From NCBI RefSeq assembly GCF_009914755.1, contig NC_060931.1: DNA of 64,000 bases. One strand, written 5' to 3'. The notes under the pieces are model-generated. The model did no database searches. It was not told where the DNA came from and saw only the letters and a list, made by a program, of their open reading frames with translations. Both the position numbers and the translations under genes were made by a program. The first letter of the stretch is position 1; every line of letters starts with the position of its first letter. This document shows positions 53,480-64,000 of the stretch, in pieces. The DNA comes from the human T2T-CHM13v2.0 reference genome, Homo sapiens.

Positions 53480-54310
53480 GTACAATAACAAACATTGAAA
53501 AAAATTTGAATTGGGAGTATGTGCCAGACACTGGAGATACACAGAAATTGTGTAGGGAAGACAGGCACGTAATATAGTAATATAAGTATAATAATGGATT
53601 GTATAGAAGTACAGGGGTGTTACAAAGCAAATTATTATATCTGCAAAGGAGAGTTAAGGAAAGATTAACTTCTATAAGAAGTGTCACTTTGGTCTAGCCT
53701 AGTATAATGGATGTGACCCTACCATTGTCTAAGATTGGAATGGGCACCCAGGGACTAGCAGATGTGAAACCTGTAAGTGTGAGAATTTGGTATGTCTAAG
53801 GAATGGCAAGTGGTTCAGTGTGCGAAGCTTACAGTGCAGCCAGGGTGAAGAGATGAAGGTGGCAAATTAGGGAAAAGGCCTTTCCACTCTACAAAAGGAC
53901 TTTCACTTTATCCTGTCAAAGACAGGGGATCACTAAGGAATTTCAAGACAAGAAGTAACAATGTAGCTGCACTTTGGAAAATTGATTGAAGCAGGGTTGA
54001 CATTGAAAGCAGGAAAGTCAATTAAAAGTTTATTGTAGTGGTTTCAAAGGAAGAAAATGAGAGTGAAGATGTAGTAAAGAAGAGAGACACATTTAGAAAG
54101 CAAAAGCAAAGAACTAAGAGTCTAAGTGGAAATAGGATTTAGAGGAAGGGAGGTGATTGCTCTGTCGCTAACCTGGCTGATAGAGTCAGGGGTAGAACCA
54201 TTAATCAAAATACAAAAATGCAGGAAGAGCAAGTTTATTGGAGAAGATAAGTTCACTGGGGGTATATTAAGGTTAAAGCGTCTGTGGAAATGTAAGCTTC
54301 CTGCAAGGAA
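53480..54310 (-). mobile_element. L2 fragment
   Basis: tatgtgccagacactggagatac.., ggactttcactttatcctg, gataagttcactgggggtatattaagg. Confidence 0.65.
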
Positions 54311-54674
54311 ATAGCTTATGAATGAGTGAAGAATTTTTCAGTGGGCTTTTGTTTCCAAGTTTCGAATCTAGGTCAGAAGTGAGTGTTTGACAGTGCCCAA
54401 TTCATAGTACCTTCCCAGCATTAAATGCTAACCTTTTTTTCCTGTATGTATGCATTTGTAAATTAATCCATTCAAGATATTTTTGTAGATTTTTGCTATG
54501 TAGGCATTGTATATATATCAGTAAAGAACACAGCCTCAGCCCTCCACTATTTTAATTTAGTAGGAAATACTAAGAAGTAAACTAATAATCATAATAACTT
54601 GTGACAAGTGCAGATTTACTACATTCTCATATACAGTTACATCTATCTATGTTTTTTCTGTATTCATCTTTGGA

Positions 54675-54807
54675 TTTTATTTTGTTTTGTTTTGTTTTTG
54701 TGTTGTTACATTGTTTAGGCATGTCTTGAACTCCTGACCTTAAGCAATCCTCCTGCCTCAGCCTCCCAAAGCTTCAGTGTTATAGGCATGAGCCACTGCT
54801 CCTGGCC
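54675..54807 (-). mobile_element. FLAM / left Alu monomer
   Basis: (TTTTG)n tail followed by tcttgaactcctgaccttaagcaatcctcctgcctcagcctcccaaag..cctggcc. Confidence 0.75.
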
Positions 54808-56365
54808 CAGGATTATTTATTTGTTAGAAAGTTACAGATTTTTAACATAATTTGTCTAAGGGCTTTATATTTTTGGATATCAATATACTTTATTTAAAAA
54901 TTTATTGTCCACTTATATTTGAATATTATTTTTTTTCTTGTTACTGAAACTATAAAAATGTGTTTATACTTTTAAAATATCTCATATTAGAGATTACAAA
55001 GGTGAAAGTACATTGCATTGTGCCTAGCATGGAATATACACACAAGCAACACTTTTTCTTCCATTTATTGACTTTGCTCTGGAGTCCTTTTCTTTACATA
55101 TACTGCCTAATGTTCTTTTTATGTCCAACACGCTTGCTGTTCCATATTTCATGATTAAGTCTTTTATAAAAGAAACCAAATTTTGGGTATCTTTCTGTCC
55201 TCACCAACCTAATCACAGTTAATCATTTCTCAATAAGCATTTGTTGAATACTCCGTATAACATTCGGAAGATGCTAAAATACATAAAATATGTTCCAAGT
55301 GCAGTATGGAAGCTCAGAGAAGATGATGTTAATATTAATGAGAAAATATGAGTAGGAAATTCCCACAGAAATATCTACAAAAAATGATAAGGATATTGCA
55401 AGTAGAGAGAACAAGTTAATGATTCATAGGCATTAAATTATGTGTATTAAAAACAAAGTAAAAAATCACAAATACCTTTAAATTTAGAAAATAAAGAAAA
55501 TTTAATATCAAGTAAATTAAATATTGATATGTCAGTAAAAAACCTTTTTTTAAAAAAAAGCATAATTAAAATCAATGGAGGAAATAAGATGTCCTAGTTC
55601 ATAGCACTTTTCTATGTCAAATATAAGCTGCTTGGATTTAATAGGCATATAACATTTAGAAATATAATGTAAATCAGCAGCCACTTGTTCTATATTACTT
55701 TGCAGATGGGGAAACTGAGACTCACGGATATAAATTGCTTCACATAGGTAGAACATCCTCAGTGACAGGATAAAAACAAAACCTAACTCCCTTTCTTTGT
55801 CTACTGCTCTTTCTGCTAAACATCATTGACAGGTATAGCATAAGTTAAAGTTTATGGTGTTTTAAGGAATACAGTTCATAAAGCAAACAAAATTATTTCT
55901 AGTTATTTCTAATGTAACTTATGGTTGTGATTCTACAATTTTGTGTAGCTTGCATAATGAGATGTTATGCATATTTCAGATTTTTTTCATTTACAAAGGA
56001 AATATTTATTTTAATTTTGTCACTGGCATTGTCTAACATCTAAAAAGTCTCCATATCCTGTTCTCTGGGTGTTAACTCCGGTTAAGAATGAAAGATGGCA
56101 CTCCTCTGTGTTAGCTAGTTATTAGCATTTTCTATGTCTTGAGTAAAACTCAGTAACTTTGTCTTTTGATAACAGAAAATCTGTCTGAATACACGGTGTT
56201 TAAGGGTTAGATCAATCAATTCTTTGTTTTTTATCTAGTGCCATTAAATTGAAAATTTTAAATTAGATTCTAGATATTACTAAAATGAATGCTTTAATTA
56301 TAATTTTCTGATTTATAGTATAAAATAAATAGTTTTAAAACAAAGTCATTGATCAGCACAATGAT

Positions 56366-56647
56366 GTTTTGTTTTTAAGTTCTGGGATACATGTGCAGAA
56401 TGAGCAGGTTTGTTACATAGGTATACATGTGCTATGGTGGTTTGCTGCACCTATCAACCCATCATCTAGGTTTCAAGCCTCGCATGCATTAGGTATTTGC
56501 CCTAATACTCTCCCTTTCCTTACCTCCCACCCCCGACAGGCCCTGGTGTGTGATGTTCTCCTACCTGTGCCCTGTGTTGTCATTATTCAACTCCCACTTA
56601 TGAGTGAGAACATGCGGTGTTTGGTTTTCTGTTCCTGTGTTAGTTTG
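56366..56647 (-). mobile_element. L1PA8-like 3' end (~280 bp), antisense
   Basis: ttaagttctgggatacatgtgcag..ctaggtttcaagcctcgcatgcattagg. Flanked by gatcagcacaatg (56351-56363) and gattagcacaatg (56648-56660). Confidence 0.85.
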
Positions 56648-56666
56648 GATTAGCACAATGGTTTTA

Positions 56667-59073
<2,407 letters not shown>

Positions 59074-62000
59074 TTAATAGGTGAAAATAATAACTTGGAA
59101 GAAAAACTGATAATATTTTAAAAATAGAACCAGCCATTTAAAAAAAGTGGTGTTGGTTTGAGTTGAGATTTTTGGAGTTTATGATCACTGAGGTGGCATT
59201 GATGGGTACTGCTATGTGGGGTCAAACTTGGGTCCTAAAGGAACCCTGTATTCACAGCAGGAGAAGAAAGCTGACATCAAAGGGAAAGCAGGAGAATAAT
59301 AGTTCAATTACCAGTGAAATTAGGTACACTGGTTTTCAAAGTTTTTCTTAATTGTACAAATTGATTTTTTAAAGACATGAGCTTGATAAATGAGAAGTGG
59401 TTGGGCTCACATAAACATTTATAAATGAAAGTATTTTGGGGATCATTTTGTTTACTGAAGTTAATGTATTATTAAAATATCATTGTATAGAAATGTAAAT
59501 ACTTATATTGAGTAAATATAGAACAGTTTGTATATTAAATATGCACTTGATTGGGGAGGACTAATGACGAATGTACCTATGCAGATGTTGCCTACTCTTC
59601 CTTTGGGCTGCCTAGAAAGAGCACTCTGATAAATTCAATGTAACCTTTTTAATACAGTTTATTAATAAATGTTTTATTACTTTATGACAGAGAGTAGAGA
59701 AATGACACTCGTTTTAACTTTGTTCATTGACAGCTGGTAAACAAACAGGCAGACATTTCTGGCTTAATTACAAAAATAGAAAAGTGATTACAATAATATT
59801 CATAATAATCTATTTTTAAGTGACTTTTTCGATTACAACAATATGCATAGATGTGTGTAAACATTCATGCATATTTATAAAGTAAAATCAAGACTAATTG
59901 GTAGCTCATTGTTGAAGGGAAAATATATTCTATCTTGTCTTCAAAATAGAGAATTAGAAGAACACTTCAAGAAAGTTGTGCAGATAATTATATTCAGATT
60001 ATATGAGAATATGGATACAAAATGATCAAAATAAATATTAATATTTTTCTTCCACATGTTCTGCAAATATGTATGGAAATATAAATATTTGTATTTGTTT
60101 GTCTTTATCTTTTGTCTTGCCTACAGGAAAGTAAACTGCAGGAAAGCAGCAATATGGTCTGCCTTGTTTACAGCAGCATAACCTTTACTGCTAACAGTGT
60201 CTAGACCTTGGGGATTGTTCAGTAAGCACTGATAGGTGAATGAATAATGTACTGAACTATCTAATAAGTGCAGAACAAAACAAATGTGATCTGTTGCCTT
60301 CATGTCTAATAGATCTGGTAGGGCTAGGATTTAAAAAATCAAATACATCAATAAATATTTATTTACAATTGTTAAGTGATGAGGAAAAATGCCATTTTTT
60401 TAGATTTGAATGTTACTTTTTGTTGACAATAAGTCTTTCTTACACGTTGTAATAAACTATGCAATCTACAAAGCTTACTATATTACTTAACTTTAGGATC
60501 AACAAGAGAAAAGATTTTAAACATGGACTCTATTTCTTTTCTGGCAATTTACATTCTAGAATTAAGAGTGTGAGTTTGAGTATAGTTACCCATGGTGACC
60601 TATTAGCATAAAAGGTCTTTAGAGACTGCAGATGGTATAACCCAGGATGTACATTAAACCTTTCAGATGTAGATGTGCCAACATAAGTTTTCACACACAA
60701 ACTTAGGAGGAAACTTAATTATTACTAAATTCAGAATGTGTTTGTAAATGTTTTTATCTCCACATTTATCTTAAACATTACTTAATAGAGACCAGTTAAC
60801 ATTTAGAATTCCACCTCCTTCCTACCTATATGAAGAGTGATTCTTCCAAACTGTAAATAGGAGTATTCATTATTTCAACACTATAGACAAAACCTTGCTA
60901 GAACCAATCCTGAATTGCAGCAACTAAAGAAATTTATGAATTAATAACACTATAGGAAATAGTTCTAATATGAGGTGCATAATATGCTATTTGACACATT
61001 TATAGCCTTCCTTGTATTTATTCAACTCTGTTTCATCAGGAAGGGATGGAAAATATGCAAACTCAGATCTTTGAAAGGAAGTACATTATAGTGCATATTG
61101 TCTAATCACTCTCACTGCAGAAGTTGCCTTTTTTTTTTTAGAAAGTTTTAAATATAACCTTCTTTTAAAAGCAAACTGTTCTTGGTCACTTAAAAGTTCT
61201 TGGGATTTATTTTTTAACTGAGTTACATGTAAAACTTTTTGAAAATATTTATTCTATAAGATGTTCCATGTTCTGCTGAGCCTTTTCTTCCTTAGTTGAG
61301 TTTGAGAACATGCCATAGCAACTATGTCCCTAAATCTGCAGATTCAATATTGTCTCAGATCACAATGAGCACCTATCAAGCTCTACAGCACATAATCACC
61401 TATGGAGAACTTTATCTTAATTTCTCTCAGTTACTTCCTGTCATTATTCTGCCTGCTACAGCCCTTGTATTTCATGATACAATGTCATGGCATTCCCAAC
61501 TGGACCTGGTGGTGGTATTGTTCAATAGCTCAGTCTTTATTGATAGAGTTTCCATTGCTTAGTTCCATACAGAGCTCTTATGAGGTATTGTTATTGAAAG
61601 AGTTCCAGAGTGTTTAGGTAGGCAAATTCATTATTAATTTTTTACTTGATACTTGATAGTATTTATTGGATATTAACTTTGTGCTAGGCTCTGTGAATTA
61701 TCTCATCTAGTTTTTAGAGAAAAACAGTTGGGGTTAGCATAAAAGTTCTTTAGAGATTACATTTTATTATCCTCATTTTATAGATGAGGATTCTGGCAGT
61801 TACAGAGTTAAAGTAACTTTCCAATGCCATTCAGCTAGTAAATATCAAAGTTGACAGTTTAACCAGGATAATCTCTTTCCCATGTAAGCATGCTTAAGGA
61901 CTATACTATGAATAGATGATGATGATGTGTTACAATCTCAAGAGAAAGCATTTTATCTTAAATAATGAATGAGTGAGTGAATTAGTACATAAAATGTATA

Positions 62001-62492
62001 TTAACACCAAAGAAAGGGAGGAAAAACTTATCAAAATATGGTGATAAATTTCTGATCTACAGGTAACTTATCTTTCATCTTTACATTTTCTTCTTATCTT
62101 CAAAATAGGGAAATCATTTTCTGAGCTCATGTATAAGAAACGTAGATTTTAAATGTACATTAGAAATTGTCTTAGTTATATATTCTTGATTGTGTAAATT
62201 ATGCAAGTTAGCAGATGATATTTCAATAAACATATATTTAATAATGATGAAACTCAACTTTCAGTATTATTTAACAAATCATGTTTTTATCTCTCTAAAG
62301 TCATTTGGGAAATACCATAAAAATATCTTGCTATGAATTGTTCAATTGGTTACTTATTTGCCCTGTCTTAATTCAGTTTTAAATTCTCTTAATCTAGATA
62401 ATGGGCAGCTACTGCAATCTACTGTCATGGAAATAAAATAACATTTTGTGGAAAGATGAAACTGAAAGATAATTAAAATATAACTAGCTTAG

Positions 62493-62757
<265 letters not shown>

Positions 62758-63427
62758 TATGTAGCTTAGTATTTTTTTATACCCACTCATACCTTCTGAA
62801 TCAGGACCTTAATATGAATTTTCCTTGCCACCTGAAAATTAAGTTAAATCTCCCAAATGTTTATTCTGATGCTATTTTTATTAAAATGATAAATTTAATA
62901 CATTTTGAAGGAAAAAAACTGTTGCTTTTCCTAGTTGAAAATTGAGGAATTTTGTTCAATAAAATGAGGGCTAATATATCTTTTTCTGGTCATTTTGTCT
63001 TTTCTGAACTGACACTTGCTTCCTCAAGATTTTTTTGACAATGAGGGAACTATTCTTAGCTCCAGAATTTGCGGTGATTTGATAAAATTCTTTCAAACTA
63101 CCCTTAAATTGGATATTTTAGGTACCAAATAGTTGAGTTAGTCTAGGCAGTGAAGGAAGTACTTTCTGCTATTATCCATATGATTAAGAGTTTTAAAGAG
63201 TGCAGTGAATTTCTTAATTTAGACAAATGTGGAGAATGCTTGCTGATTGTGCTGCAAATTTGTCCAGGACTCATGTTGTTTAATTATTCATGACTTTAAA
63301 AGTAGCATACATTACAATTTTGCATCTGTAGATTATTAATAGAATGCTCTTTTAATAGGATGTTCACCACTGAGAAGTGTTTGTCATTTGTTAGTTTGCT
63401 TTGTTTTGCTGTAAATAAAAAAAAGGT

Positions 63428-63660
63428 CTATAGAGGATGTATAGAATAATCAATCCAATGTCTAGATTGACACTACCTGGGTTGAAAACTCAGCTCCCCA
63501 TTCACTAGATATGTGAACCTTAGGTAAGCTTCTTAAACTTTTTTTCTGTCAGTTTCTTCCTCTCTAAAATGAAGGTAATAAAATACCTACTGTAGGTGAA
63601 CGTAGTGAGGAAAAAAAATGAACTAATCTATCTTAAATACTCAAGTGCCTGGCGCATAAT
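63428..63660 (+). mobile_element. MIRb
   Basis: acctgggttgaaaactcagctc..tgtgaacctt..cagtttcttcctctctaaaatg..agtgcctggc. Confidence 0.75.
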
Positions 63661-63670
63661 AAAAAAAGTA

Positions 63671-63989
<319 letters not shown>

Positions 63990-64000
63990 CTAACATTACT

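Overview
Primate (very probably human) genomic DNA containing the 5' end of KCND2 (voltage-gated K+ channel Kv4.2) on the + strand. About 1-4.6 kb is nested old repeats: L1MC split by LTRs, and Tigger3b split by a 5'-inverted L1PA and an AluY. About 5.7-7.3 kb is a CpG-island promoter with a CTCF-like motif at its upstream edge. A long 5' leader precedes the large first coding exon (ATG 8029 to donor after 9143), which covers the N-terminus, T1, S1-S5 and pore helix and is split inside the TTLG|YG selectivity filter. The remaining ~55 kb is the start of the AT-rich intron 1, with Alus, L1s, L2/MIR, DNA-transposon fossils and microsatellites. The only other long ORF (56890-59064, -) is a 5'-truncated L1PA2/3 ORF2. 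I found no evidence of a novel gene system. The best leads are: (1) two L1s of different age inserted serially at the same endonuclease site, leaving three copies of the target; (2) a bipartite 5' leader with a uORF cluster followed by an 826-nt ATG-free stretch and cryptic splice signals; (3) an in-frame stop formed by the exon-1 donor; (4) clusters of activity-dependent TF motifs in a transposon-poor zone; (5) several palindromic, duplicated or inverted-Alu structures. Repeat subfamily calls are by eye and boundaries are approximate.
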